Both the position numbers and the translations under genes were made by a program. Positions 11,736-21,220 of a stretch of 64,000 nt of DNA are shown here, piece after piece. The DNA is from Syntrophorhabdaceae bacterium. GTDB taxonomy: Bacteria > Desulfobacterota > Syntrophorhabdia > Syntrophorhabdales > Syntrophorhabdaceae. How positions within the stretch are numbered: the stretch's first letter is position 1; every line of letters begins with the position of its first letter. The notes under the pieces were generated by a model. It saw only the letters and a program-made list of their open reading frames with translations, was not told the origin of the DNA and did no database searches. The stretch lies in contig OY762209.1 in the NCBI GenBank assembly GCA_963665295.1, positions 3,680,001 to 3,744,000 of the forward strand, in the 5' to 3' direction.

Positions 11736-12102
11736 AGGCCGTGGTGTCCGGCACACCCGGCCGAAGGCCGGTGCGGACAAACAAGTCCCATTCCGGGCCT
11801 GGCGGATTAGATAGGTGCGATATATTGCGAGTCCGGCAGGGGAGTGTCTACCGGAGCAAATCGGATTCGTCGTCCGGATGAGAATGACGGAGGAGACGAG
11901 ACCCCGGTAGCCCCTGGCACGTAAATCTTTTTCCGGCAACAAGAAGGTTGTCATCGAGGCCGTCATGGCCGGCGAGACTCTTGCTGCAGCCGAGTTGCAA
12001 AATAGCTCGGCTGCAGGAACGATTCAAGGGGGGACTCACCTCCAGTTTTGAACATGAAGTATTGAGACCGACACAAAAGTCTGCCAAAATTTGCAGGGCA
12101 TA

Positions 12103-12133
12103 TTGACAAGGGATTGTTGTGAATATACATTCA
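12103..12133 (+). promoter_or_regulatory. promoter with operator TGAATATACATTCA
   Basis: TTGACA 12103-N17-TACATT; palindrome 12120-12133 matches 9718-9731 at 13/14. Confidence 0.6.
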
Positions 12134-12271
12134 CTAAATGGATATTTGCAGCCATGGAAGAAGGAGTAGGCATGACCGGCGCGCGGAGCGCACGTATGCC
12201 CTCCGGGACAAGGGGCGCGTGATATGAAATTGAAAGAAGACAAAGATTGTGAGGTCAAAGGAGGCGCAGTT

Positions 12272-12715
12272 ATGAACGTAATCTGTAGAGGGATCTTCAT
12301 GGGCATAATTTTGGCAGGTTTATCCTTCATCGTTTTACCCTTTTGCAGTCCATGCCCCGCGGCTGAGCCGCTTTTCAATTCTATGCAGGCGCCGGGAAAG
12401 AAGATTCCCATGGGGAACGGTCACTACCTGATATACGGCTTCGATAAAAAGCCCAAGCTGGGCATGGTCATTATGAAAGTGGAAATCTTCGACAGCCAGG
12501 GAAAGAAAGATACCTCCTTCCAGGTAAAAGGTGACTCCGGCATGCCCTCCATGAAAGGCGCCCATGAAACGGGAGAACAGGCTTTTACCCTTTCGAAAAA
12601 AGGCGACTACCTCCTGCCTATCAACATTGTCATGCCGGGCGACTGGGAGGTGAGGATTACCGTGATGAAGGATGGAAAGGTGGTGCTGAGGGGAAGGTAT
12701 GACTTCGATGTTTAG
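12272..12715 (+). CDS. YtkA/FixH-like exported protein
   Basis: signal peptide, GMPSM..AH, MPGDWEVRI. Confidence 0.75.
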   Translation: MNVICRGIFMGIILAGLSFIVLPFCSPCPAAEPLFNSMQAPGKKIPMGNGHYLIYGFDKKPKLGMVIMKVEIFDSQGKKDTSFQVKGDSGMPSMKGAHETGEQAFTLSKKGDYLLPINIVMPGDWEVRITVMKDGKVVLRGRYDFDV

Positions 12716-13703
12716 AGCATTCGTCGCAGGCGTGATTCTTTTGCTCCTCGTCGGTCTAGTGCGCGCTTCCGACCAACTGCTCTATTTTGAGGCGCAAGGA
12801 ATAGGGGGATATTCGTCGGAACTCAGGAAACCCGTTTATTATTCTCAGAATCCTGATGCCGAGATGCAGAAGCCGAGCGTAGGTTTCGATTACTTGAAAC
12901 GGTTCTCCGGCGACTCGGGCGACTGGGGCACTTTTGCCCTCCAGTCCCGCCTCGCCCTCACGGTGAACGGCCTCGATGGGGCCAACTGGGCCAAATGGGA
13001 ACCCCAGGTATACAATGCCTATTTTAAGGTGAAAACCCCGGGCCCCTATGTTTGGGTGGGACACAATCGCCCCGCCTTCGGCATAGGGTCCTATTTCGAT
13101 AGCCATGGCCTTATTCTCAGGACTCTGCCCATCCAGGGTTTCGGCTATGACAGGGATTGGGGGGCGGGCCTTTACAGGGACTTCTCGTGGGGAGACCTCG
13201 CATTCACCCATACCCTGGGGTCGGGCATGCCTGTAATAACCAACGGCAACTACATGAGCGCCGCGAGAGCTTCCTATGGAGTCCTCTCCAGGGATAATTA
13301 CAATGTGGGTTTGTCAGGCGGATATGGTCAGACCCTCGATACCGTCGGCTACAACGTGAATAACCCCAATCCCGAAGCGATGAGGCTCGTGGGAGCCGAC
13401 CTGACCGTTTTGTGGAATCGTTTCGAGCACCGGATTGATACTCTCGCGGGGAGGTGGCAGGACCAGAATACTTACGCCCTCATGTATCGCGTCGGTTTCA
13501 ACGTGGACCCCGAGAACCGACTGAAGCTGGAGTTTCAACCTACATATTGGAAGTTCAATGATCAGACCAACTACCAGCTCGCCTTCTGTGTGTCGAGCCA
13601 GGTTACATCAAACCTGACGGTGCGTCTCATGTACCAGTATGATCAAACTTCCACGGACAGTAGCGTGGTGGTGCAATTCTACTATTACAGGCCTATGTTA
13701 TGA
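12708..13703 (+). CDS. putative outer-membrane beta-barrel protein
   Basis: signal peptide, alternating aromatic beta-strands, C-terminal QFYYY. Confidence 0.6.
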   Translation: MFRAFVAGVILLLLVGLVRASDQLLYFEAQGIGGYSSELRKPVYYSQNPDAEMQKPSVGFDYLKRFSGDSGDWGTFALQSRLALTVNGLDGANWAKWEPQVYNAYFKVKTPGPYVWVGHNRPAFGIGSYFDSHGLILRTLPIQGFGYDRDWGAGLYRDFSWGDLAFTHTLGSGMPVITNGNYMSAARASYGVLSRDNYNVGLSGGYGQTLDTVGYNVNNPNPEAMRLVGADLTVLWNRFEHRIDTLAGRWQDQNTYALMYRVGFNVDPENRLKLEFQPTYWKFNDQTNYQLAFCVSSQVTSNLTVRLMYQYDQTSTDSSVVVQFYYYRPML

Positions 13704-13873
13704 GAAAGATGAGGGGGTTTGCCGGAACAGGGTATGTAGTTTCAGTTCTGTTCCTTATTCTCGGAAGCCGTACCGCGGTCTTCGGCACGGTCGGCTGCGG
13801 CCCGAACGACCCTCACCGCAACAGGGCTGCGGGCCGGGCAGTACAACCTACACAGGAGGCACCAAAGAAATGA
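13700..13873 (+). CDS. 57-aa small protein not in the ORF track (MRKMRGFAGTGYVVSVLFLILG...GCGPNDPH...KK)
   Basis: ATGA overlaps with both the upstream stop and the downstream start; signal-peptide-like N-terminus. Confidence 0.6.
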   Translation: MRKMRGFAGTGYVVSVLFLILGSRTAVFGTVGCGPNDPHRNRAAGRAVQPTQEAPKK

Positions 13874-15063
13874 TTACAAAATTCCAGGTAGCATACAAAA
13901 ACCTTCTCAGGAAGAAGGTAAGGAGTCTCCTGACCATCGTCGGCATAGCCCTGTCCGCCTGGGTACTCGTGAGCCTCCTGGGGTTCAATCAGGGTTACGA
14001 GCATTCGCTCAACAAGGATATAGACAATATGGGGTTTCAACTCATGGTTATGGCAAAAGGCTGTCCTTACGAGGCGGCTACCCTCATGTTGAAGGGGGGG
14101 ACAGGCCTGCGTTATATAGACGAGTCGGTGATGAAGGAAATTATGAAGGAGCCCGAGGTCGATCAGATTACCCCAATCTTCATGTCCGCGGTTTTTGACC
14201 CCAACAAGGGTGAAAGTGGAGGAATAGCGGGTTATTTCGGTATCGAGCCCAAAAGCTTCTCGGAGATGAAGCCCTTCCTCAAGTTCCGGCAGGGAGGGTG
14301 GTTTAAGGGTGAAGACGGGTATGAGGCGGTACTCGGCTTCGAGGCGGCCGAACTTGAACAGCGTGAAGTGGGAGACATGATCCTCATGCCCGAAAAGAAC
14401 GTCCAGTTTAAGGTGGCGGGAATTCTGGAAAGAACAGGAACCCAGGACGATGGGACCATATTCGTGCCCCTCAAAACGGTGCAAAAGATCTTCAAGAAGC
14501 CCACGGAAATCACTACCATAGGCATCAAACTGAAAAAGGGCGTCAACAGCGGTCCCCTTGAAGAGAAGCTTTATCAACTTCCCGACGTCCAGATCGTAAG
14601 CCTGGCTCAGGTTAAGGACACGATCATGAAGCTTATCTCTACGGCAAAGGTGATGGTCCTCTCTATTGCCATCATTGCCATTCTGATCGCCATGGTAGGC
14701 GTTATCAACACGATCCTTACCTCCGTATGGGAAAGGTTCCAGGAGATCGGCATCCTGAAGACCATTGGTGCCATGCCATGGGACGTATTTCAACTGATCT
14801 GGCTGGAGACGCTCATGCTCTGCACCACGGGCGGCATCCTGGGAGTTATCTTTGCCCTGATCCTTTCGCGGGTCACGGACGTACTGATGCGCCGACTCCT
14901 GCCCTACGCCCCGGGAGGCGGCCTGGTGCTCATAGACTTGAAGCTTATCGTTATGACCCTTGTGGGAATTCTTGTGATAGGGCTTTTGAGCGGTGTGTAC
15001 CCCGCCTGGAAGGCGGGAAGGATCAGACCGCTTGAGGCGATAAGGGGGGAGGCGGGAAGATGA
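13870..15063 (+). CDS. ABC transporter permease, MacB/FtsX family
   Basis: RSLLTIVGI, ERFQEIGILKTIGA, YPAWKAGRIRPLEAIR. Confidence 0.9.
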   Translation: MITKFQVAYKNLLRKKVRSLLTIVGIALSAWVLVSLLGFNQGYEHSLNKDIDNMGFQLMVMAKGCPYEAATLMLKGGTGLRYIDESVMKEIMKEPEVDQITPIFMSAVFDPNKGESGGIAGYFGIEPKSFSEMKPFLKFRQGGWFKGEDGYEAVLGFEAAELEQREVGDMILMPEKNVQFKVAGILERTGTQDDGTIFVPLKTVQKIFKKPTEITTIGIKLKKGVNSGPLEEKLYQLPDVQIVSLAQVKDTIMKLISTAKVMVLSIAIIAILIAMVGVINTILTSVWERFQEIGILKTIGAMPWDVFQLIWLETLMLCTTGGILGVIFALILSRVTDVLMRRLLPYAPGGGLVLIDLKLIVMTLVGILVIGLLSGVYPAWKAGRIRPLEAIRGEAGR

Positions 15064-15800
15064 GCGGGAAATTCGTGTCCATTGAGGCAAAGCGTCTGAC
15101 CAAAGTCTATACCCGGGGCATAGAGGAAGTCATTTCGGTAAATAATGTTTCCTTCGAGATCAACAAAGGGGATTTCATCTCCATTATAGGACCGTCGGGT
15201 TCAGGAAAGACCACTCTTGTCAACCTTCTGGGGTGTCTCGATAACCCCTCGGGGGGAGAGCTTCTTCTCGACGGTAATATGATCTTCGGCGCCAATAGGC
15301 GCCTCTCCGAACGGGCGTTGACGAAGATAAGGAGGGAAGCCTTCGGCTATGTCTTCCAGAATTTCTATCTCATTCCCACGCTGACGGTTATGGAGAACAT
15401 TCTCCTTCCCCTTACCTTTTTCCGCAAGCCGGGAACGGATGACGAGGCGGAAAAGCTCCTTGCTTTGCTCGGAATCGACCATAGGAGGAACCATCTTCCC
15501 GGACAGATCTCGGGAGGCGAGATGCAGAGGGTAGCCATAGCCAGGGCCATGGTAAACAAGCCGGAGATACTCCTTGCTGATGAGCCCACAGGAAACCTCG
15601 ACACGAAGCGGTCCGAAGAGATCGTGGAAGTCCTCCGCGTTCTCAACAGGAGCGTGGGCCTCACGGTAGTCATGGTCACTCACAACCCGGAGTTAGCTCG
15701 CTATGCGGAACGCATGTTCGAGATGAAAGACGGTCATATCAGCGAGATCGAGGTCGATTCCCGCAGGGCTGCTTCTGATGTCTGTCAGGGGAATCAATAA
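15060..15800 (+). CDS. ABC transporter ATP-binding protein (LolD-like)
   Basis: GPSGSGKT, ISGGEMQRVAIARA, LLADEPTGNLD. Confidence 0.95.
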   Translation: MSGKFVSIEAKRLTKVYTRGIEEVISVNNVSFEINKGDFISIIGPSGSGKTTLVNLLGCLDNPSGGELLLDGNMIFGANRRLSERALTKIRREAFGYVFQNFYLIPTLTVMENILLPLTFFRKPGTDDEAEKLLALLGIDHRRNHLPGQISGGEMQRVAIARAMVNKPEILLADEPTGNLDTKRSEEIVEVLRVLNRSVGLTVVMVTHNPELARYAERMFEMKDGHISEIEVDSRRAASDVCQGNQ

Positions 15801-15849
15801 GAAAAGCGGGAGCTTCGGAGACAGATACCGCCGGACAGGGAGGGATAGC

Positions 15850-16380
15850 ATGAGAAAAAACGGCGCTCTCAGCATTATCGGAGCCCTGTGCGTTGTTTTC
15901 CCCGCCCTCGCATGGGCCGGGACGTATGAAGAATTTACGCTCCCCAGAGTGTGCGTCTATTGTGGGATGGACAGAGGGGTGTACAGCTTCTCGCGCATGC
16001 TCATCCAATACGACGACGGATCGTCGGCCGCGGTCTGCAGCCTTCACTGTGCCGCCATGGATATGGCAAGAAATATGGACAAGACGCCGATGTCGATCAA
16101 AGTGGCTGATTTCAACGGAAAGCAGCTCATCGACGCGGAGGAGGCCTTTTGGGTTGTAGGGGGCAGGAAGCCCGGGGTCACGACAAAGAGGGGAAAATGG
16201 GCCTTCGAAAAGAAGGGTGATGCCGAGAGTTTCATGGAGGCAAACGAGGGACGGATTGTCTCATTCGAAGATGCGGCAAAAATGGCCTATGACGATATGC
16301 ATGAGGACACAAAAGCGATGAGGCAGAAACGAAAGGCGATGCATATGAAGTCGACGGACATGGACGATGAATCCTCCTGA
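15850..16380 (+). CDS. NosL family copper-chaperone-like protein
   Basis: CVYCGM, CSLHC, V.DF....LIDAEEAFWVVG. Confidence 0.8.
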   Translation: MRKNGALSIIGALCVVFPALAWAGTYEEFTLPRVCVYCGMDRGVYSFSRMLIQYDDGSSAAVCSLHCAAMDMARNMDKTPMSIKVADFNGKQLIDAEEAFWVVGGRKPGVTTKRGKWAFEKKGDAESFMEANEGRIVSFEDAAKMAYDDMHEDTKAMRQKRKAMHMKSTDMDDESS

Positions 16381-16474
16381 GAAGGTCATCGTTTCCCGCC
16401 GAAAGGGGTTTTTCTGTATCGTCGGGACGTGACGGGTGATTCGGCAGCGACAAGGGCCGGAAGTTGCGTGCGGG

Positions 16475-17176
16475 TCAGAGGGTTGTGTAAACGAGGTAGA
16501 CACCGCCTAGTATTACAAGGGCGCCGCAGAGCCTCTTGAGAATGACGGGCCCCCCGGACCGTTCGTTCCACCCGAGGTACCTTTCCACCACCTCGGTGAA
16601 GGTTCCCGCAAACACAATGACAGCGCAGTGGCCGATGCTATAGGAAACGAGGAGCGACACGCCATACCAGGGGCGCGTCGATGCGGTTTGGAACACGACG
16701 GTGAGCATGGGGGCCATGTATGCAAATGTGCAAGGTCCCAGGGCTATTCCAAAGATGAGGCCAAGGGCGAAAGCGGCCCGTGCTCCCTTGCGTGAAAATG
16801 CCATTTGGCCCAGCCCGGACCAGGGCATGGGGATGACGTCCAGAAGATGCAGTCCCACAAGGAAGAAGACGCAAGCCACAAGAATGATGCCCCACCGCCC
16901 CACGTCGCCCATCATTCGGCCGGCAGCACCTGTAACCGCGGCAACCGCGGCGATGCTCACCAGAAGACCGAGCGAAAAGAGGGTAGAGATATAAAAGGCC
17001 CTTCTTGCGGAAATCCGGCCTTGCCCATTGATGAAGCCCACAATAAGGGGTATGCTTGACAAATGACACGGGCTGAGAAGAACACTGAGTATCCCCCAGG
17101 TAAAAGACGCCATTGCCGCAAGGACCCATGTTCCTTCCACCGAATGGCTGAGACCTGAGAGGATGCTCGCCAACAT
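16475..17176 (-). CDS. ccdA: cytochrome c biogenesis CcdA/DsbD transmembrane protein
   Basis: LSPCHL..IP and GPCT Cys motifs in transmembrane segments. Confidence 0.85.
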   Translation of the reverse strand: MLASILSGLSHSVEGTWVLAAMASFTWGILSVLLSPCHLSSIPLIVGFINGQGRISARRAFYISTLFSLGLLVSIAAVAAVTGAAGRMMGDVGRWGIILVACVFFLVGLHLLDVIPMPWSGLGQMAFSRKGARAAFALGLIFGIALGPCTFAYMAPMLTVVFQTASTRPWYGVSLLVSYSIGHCAVIVFAGTFTEVVERYLGWNERSGGPVILKRLCGALVILGGVYLVYTTL

Positions 17177-17188
17177 GCTATACCCCGG

Positions 17189-17611
17189 CTACCGCTTCGG
17201 AAGCTTTTTGAGGGGAATGTTCAGTTCCCCCAGTTTCTTCAGGATATCTTCCTTGGACATGAACCCCAAGTGACGATAGAGTTCTTTGCCGGAAGGATCG
17301 TAAAATATTTGGGTGGGTATCATACGAATGCCATACTTAGTGCTTTCCTCCGGGTTCTTCCACACATCAACGAACAACACGTCGAGGCTGCCCGCATATT
17401 CGGACTTCAGTTCCTTCAGAACGGGGGCCATCATTTTGCACGGGATACACTTATCCGCCCCTACATCAACAAGCCGGGGAAGGGCTTTTGAGGCAGCAGG
17501 CGCGTTTGTTGTGGTGGTTTTTTCCGTAGCCGGGGCTGCGTAAACGGCCGCATACCCTGCCCACAGGATGATTGTCAGAGCTGCCGCAAGGAGTGTCGGA
17601 AGGCGTTTCAT
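17189..17611 (-). CDS. exported thioredoxin-family protein
   Basis: signal peptide, CIPC, IPTQIFYD. Confidence 0.85.
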   Translation of the reverse strand: MKRLPTLLAAALTIILWAGYAAVYAAPATEKTTTTNAPAASKALPRLVDVGADKCIPCKMMAPVLKELKSEYAGSLDVLFVDVWKNPEESTKYGIRMIPTQIFYDPSGKELYRHLGFMSKEDILKKLGELNIPLKKLPKR

Positions 17612-17979
17612 GCGTTGCTCATGACCTGGTCGAGGGCTGTCTTCGTTTCCTCACCCAACTTCTCGAATGCGTGTTTCTTTTCGATTCCGAGATCGGTCAC
17701 CACAAAGTACCGGGAAGGTTCGATACCGTGGGCCTCCAGGATCTTCTTCCCGCACGAAACCGGGCAACCGTCTATGAGTATAACCTTTCCCGATTTCGCT
17801 GATTCTACGAAGCCGGATAGACTTGCGCCCAATCCGGCCAGACAATAGGCACTGCCTATGCCCGCTTTGTCCATCTCGACCATGATGCCGTTCGATATCT
17901 GCCCCACATTCGAGCCGCCGGAGCACGCGACGATCAATTTCTTTACCTCACCATTGCAGCATATATTCTTGTCCGACAT
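17608..17979 (-). CDS. putative zinc-binding DGC-domain protein
   Basis: ACSGGSNVGQ, IDGCPVSC. Confidence 0.85.
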   Translation of the reverse strand: MSDKNICCNGEVKKLIVACSGGSNVGQISNGIMVEMDKAGIGSAYCLAGLGASLSGFVESAKSGKVILIDGCPVSCGKKILEAHGIEPSRYFVVTDLGIEKKHAFEKLGEETKTALDQVMSNA

Positions 17980-17995
17980 AACATCCTCCTTATGG

Positions 17996-18229
17996 TTATA
18001 GAAGCTTCTTGATCTCTTCCACGGACAGGACCTTTCCGACACTCTTTACCTTACCGTCTATCACCAGTCCCGGGGTCATCATGACGCCATAACTCATGAT
18101 TTTCTTTAAATCGGTAACCTTTTCGATCTCAAAGTCCGCCCCTTTGTCCTTTAACGCATCTTCTGCATTCTTCGCGAGTTTTATGCATTTTTGACATCCC
18201 GTTCCCAGTATCTCTATCTTCATCGACAT
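17996..18229 (-). CDS. small redox-active disulfide protein (MTH895-like thioredoxin)
   Basis: IEILGTGCQKC, YGVMMTPGLVIDG. Confidence 0.9.
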   Translation of the reverse strand: MSMKIEILGTGCQKCIKLAKNAEDALKDKGADFEIEKVTDLKKIMSYGVMMTPGLVIDGKVKSVGKVLSVEEIKKLL

Positions 18230-18615
18230 GTACCTCCCTTATTTTTATTACCTTTACCGGAACAGCACCTGCCGGCCATGGGTATTACGTCCGCTTTATT
18301 CCTCAAGAACCCCTCCAGTCGTTCCCGGTCGGTCTTCATGGTCTCCTCCGGGATCCTCTCCATTACCGACATGATAAGAAACCTCTTAAAGAGGTCCGAA
18401 TCGTCGAGTTTGTAATGCATCCACTTTCCTTCCTTTCTGTCCCTGACGAGTCCGGCCGCCTTTAGCGCCGCGAGATGAAAGGAGACTTTCGGCTGGATCA
18501 TGTCAAAAGCCGCAACGATGTCACATACGCAGAGTTCTCCATGTTCGAGGAGCTTAAGCGTCCTCAGTCTCGTTTCATCGGAAAGAGCCTTGAATATGGT
18601 AAGCATATCTTTCAT
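18220..18615 (-). CDS. arsR: ArsR/SmtB metalloregulator
   Basis: FKALSDETRL, ELCVCD, QPKVSFHL, EGKWMHY, C-terminal CC. Confidence 0.9.
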   Translation of the reverse strand: MKDMLTIFKALSDETRLRTLKLLEHGELCVCDIVAAFDMIQPKVSFHLAALKAAGLVRDRKEGKWMHYKLDDSDLFKRFLIMSVMERIPEETMKTDRERLEGFLRNKADVIPMAGRCCSGKGNKNKGGTCR

Positions 18616-18663
18616 AAATCATCTTTTCCTTATCACGTCATAAACGGGTGCCGCACGTTTGTT

Positions 18664-19617
18664 TTACAAAATGGCATTGAAAATATAGCCGACAGCCACT
18701 ATCGTAACCGTCATAATCCCTACGAACACGGCGAGAAGGCGGACTTTGAGCACCTTCCTCAGGATGATTATCTCCGGAAGGGACAAGGCCGTGACCGCCA
18801 TCATAAACGCAAGCGTCGTGCCGAGAGAGAGGCCTTTGCTCATGAGTGCGTATACAATCGGGATCACTCCCGCAGCGTTCGAATAGAGCGGTACGCCCAC
18901 CAGTACGGCTATGGGAACCGCAAACCAGTTGCCCTTGCCCGCGTAACGGACAAGAAAGTCCTGGGGCGCGTAGCCATGTATAAAAGCGCCTATCGCGATG
19001 GCCACGATCACGAAGATCCATATCTTCCCGAGGATATCCTTTGTGTTGAGCTTCGCATACTCCAGTCTCTCCTTGAAGGATTGGGCGAAGACGAGATCGG
19101 TCGATTCCCCGAGGTGCATTTCATACACATACTCCTCGACCCATTTTTCGAGTTTGAGCCTGCCTATGATAAAGCCTCCGAAGAGTGCCACAGAAAGCCC
19201 TGTACCGATGTACAGCGCGGTTATCTTCCACCCGAAGAGTCCCCAGAGAAGCACAATGGCTACCTCATTGACCATGGGCGAAGAAATCAGAAAAGAAAAG
19301 GTTACGCCAAGGGGCACGCCGCCCTCGACAAAGCCGATAAACAGGGGTACCGCCGAGCAGGAACAGAAGGGCGTCACTACGCCGAGAAGGGCTGCCAATA
19401 TGTTACCTATAAACTCTTTTTTATGAGACAATATCTTCCTGGTCCTCTCGGGAGGAAAGTAGCTCCTGATGAAGGAGATGGCAAAGATGATTATGGCGAG
19501 GAGGATGAGTATCTTCAGGGTGTCATATATAAAGAAATCGAGTGCCGATGCCAGCCTGGAACCGCGGGACAGTCCGCAAAGGTCGTACAGAACATATCGT
19601 AAAAGCTCATTCAACAT
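18664..19617 (-). CDS. ArsP/DUF318 permease
   Basis: TPFCSCSAVP, ISSPMVNE, GVPLYSNAAG, LSLPE. Confidence 0.9.
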   Translation of the reverse strand: MLNELLRYVLYDLCGLSRGSRLASALDFFIYDTLKILILLAIIIFAISFIRSYFPPERTRKILSHKKEFIGNILAALLGVVTPFCSCSAVPLFIGFVEGGVPLGVTFSFLISSPMVNEVAIVLLWGLFGWKITALYIGTGLSVALFGGFIIGRLKLEKWVEEYVYEMHLGESTDLVFAQSFKERLEYAKLNTKDILGKIWIFVIVAIAIGAFIHGYAPQDFLVRYAGKGNWFAVPIAVLVGVPLYSNAAGVIPIVYALMSKGLSLGTTLAFMMAVTALSLPEIIILRKVLKVRLLAVFVGIMTVTIVAVGYIFNAIL

Positions 19618-19629
19618 ATCTCATCTCCA

Positions 19630-19679
19630 AACATATCAACTTATATTGATATGTTATTATACTCTTTCCGGTTTGTCAA
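19630..19679 (-). promoter_or_regulatory. ArsR-type operator and promoter
   Basis: perfect inverted repeat AACATATCAA-N6-TTGATATGTT 19630-19655; minus-strand TTGACA(19679)-N17-TAACAT. Confidence 0.7.
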
Positions 19680-20039
19680 TAGGTATTGTGAAACAAAAGA
19701 TAACGCCCGGCGTCACCGGCCCCGGTGGCCGAAAAGGGCAAGGTGGGCAGTGAAGGCAATGGGGTTTTCAGCAACAGCGATATATGGTGACCCTGCGGCA
19801 GATCGGGCTGTCTGTAAGCTGTCGGTGGATGCGGCCGAGTTGATAGAGCCGTTTTTCATCGCGACAAACGCCGGTGACGGAACGTGGGGCGTTCTGCAAC
19901 GTAGCGATTACTTTGGGCAGGGTGTTACCATAGGAAGCGCCCTGAGAAGTCATAAAGGTAGCAACCGGGTATCAACCGGAATCCCGTATGGTGCGAATGT
20001 TGCGAGTGAGGGGTATTTGTAAGTTGTTGAAATAGAAAA

Positions 20040-20085
20040 GCCGACGATGGGATTCGAACCCGCGGCCTGCTCATTACGAGTGAGC
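20040..20085 (-). other. att site: 3' half of tRNA-Thr(CGT)
   Basis: minus strand GCTCACTCGTAATGAGCAGGCCGCGGGTTCGAATCCCATCGTCGGC = anticodon arm (CGT), T-loop and acceptor 3' strand; no 5' half; 10 bp from the integrase stop. Confidence 0.85.
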
Positions 20086-20095
20086 CTGAATATTG

Positions 20096-21217
20096 TCAGT
20101 TGTCCTTATTATCATCGATAGTTACAAGCGTGAGATTTCCCCGTGGGTGCATTTTGGGTGCAGTGTGAAAATGTTCTTCTACTGCGTTGCCTAGCTTCTC
20201 CATCTGCTCCTGCATATGCCCGGGGAGAAGATGCCGATAGATTTCAGTCACCTTTTTGTCCTTCTGTCCGAGAATAACCCCTATAGTGTCGAGAGAGACT
20301 CCCTCCATTGCGAGGTAAGAGGCTGCCGTGTGCCGGAGGTCATGGAGCCTGATGGGTTTCATCCCCGCGCCTATGATGCATTTGTGGAACTTCCGGGTAA
20401 CTGTGTCTTTAGACCTCCACTTAGGGAAGACATAACCCTTTTTCGTTCGTTTCAAGCCCGACAGCAACTCTTGTATTGCCTCAGAGATCATAACGACCCG
20501 TTGTTCCTTATTTTTTGTGGCGAGAATCACGATGTAGTTTTGCTTCACTTCCGGCCATTTGAGAGCTACCAGTTCTGCCCGCCTACAACCGGTTATGATG
20601 TAGAGGAGAACCATTGCGCGGAAGTCGGGGTCTTTGATCGCATCAAACATCTTGGGAAACTCGTCAGGCTCCAGAAACCGGGGCAATTTCTTTACCCCCT
20701 TAATAAGAACTTTTCCTCTTCCTTTCTTATCGTACGGGTTGCGCTCCAGGTAGCCCCATTCTACGGCCTTGTTGAACGCCGCACGGAGGCGCCTGATGTA
20801 GGTGTTCAACGTCTCCACGGACCTCTTTGCCTTGAGTATTTTGGCGTTGAAGTCGTCGAGGTCTTTCACGGTGATGGCTGCAAGTTTCTTGTTGCCTATG
20901 CGGTCAATGAAGGTCCGTAAGGATAATTCATCGGATCGTATCGAGTCCGGGGCCTTCTTCATTTCCTCGGACCATTTCTTATAATCTTCCTTAAACACCT
21001 TGAGCGTTATGTCGTTTTTGACGGTGGGTAATCCAAGAAGTTTCTCCCGGAGGATCTCCTCCTTCATGGCGGCGAACAAGTGATTGGCTTTCGTGAGGTT
21101 CTTGGTCTTGAGGGACTTTTTCTTCCCGCGCCCCAACTCAACATAGTAGATTCCGGTATCCTCGCGACGGTATAACCTCATATTGTCTATTGTATAGGTG
21201 TCAATCAAGCGTGTCAA
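20096..21217 (-). CDS. int: tyrosine recombinase/phage integrase
   Basis: TGCRRAEL, TKN, HDLRH, LGQ (normally LGH), TEIY. Confidence 0.95.
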   Translation of the reverse strand: MTRLIDTYTIDNMRLYRREDTGIYYVELGRGKKKSLKTKNLTKANHLFAAMKEEILREKLLGLPTVKNDITLKVFKEDYKKWSEEMKKAPDSIRSDELSLRTFIDRIGNKKLAAITVKDLDDFNAKILKAKRSVETLNTYIRRLRAAFNKAVEWGYLERNPYDKKGRGKVLIKGVKKLPRFLEPDEFPKMFDAIKDPDFRAMVLLYIITGCRRAELVALKWPEVKQNYIVILATKNKEQRVVMISEAIQELLSGLKRTKKGYVFPKWRSKDTVTRKFHKCIIGAGMKPIRLHDLRHTAASYLAMEGVSLDTIGVILGQKDKKVTEIYRHLLPGHMQEQMEKLGNAVEEHFHTAPKMHPRGNLTLVTIDDNKDN

Positions 21218-21220
21218 AGT

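Noticed and set aside
13813..15090. 425-aa minus-strand ORF
   Set aside because: Antisense shadow of the ABC permease; no motifs.
18475..19602. 375-aa plus-strand ORF
   Set aside because: Antisense shadow of the ArsP permease.
16475..19617. Mercury methylation (hgcAB) locus
   Set aside because: Similar ArsR clusters can neighbour hgcAB, but no HgcA cap-helix motif or HgcB ferredoxin is seen here.
20040..20110. Complete tRNA-Thr gene
   Set aside because: The D-arm and 5' acceptor strand are missing; the sequence runs into the integrase stop region.
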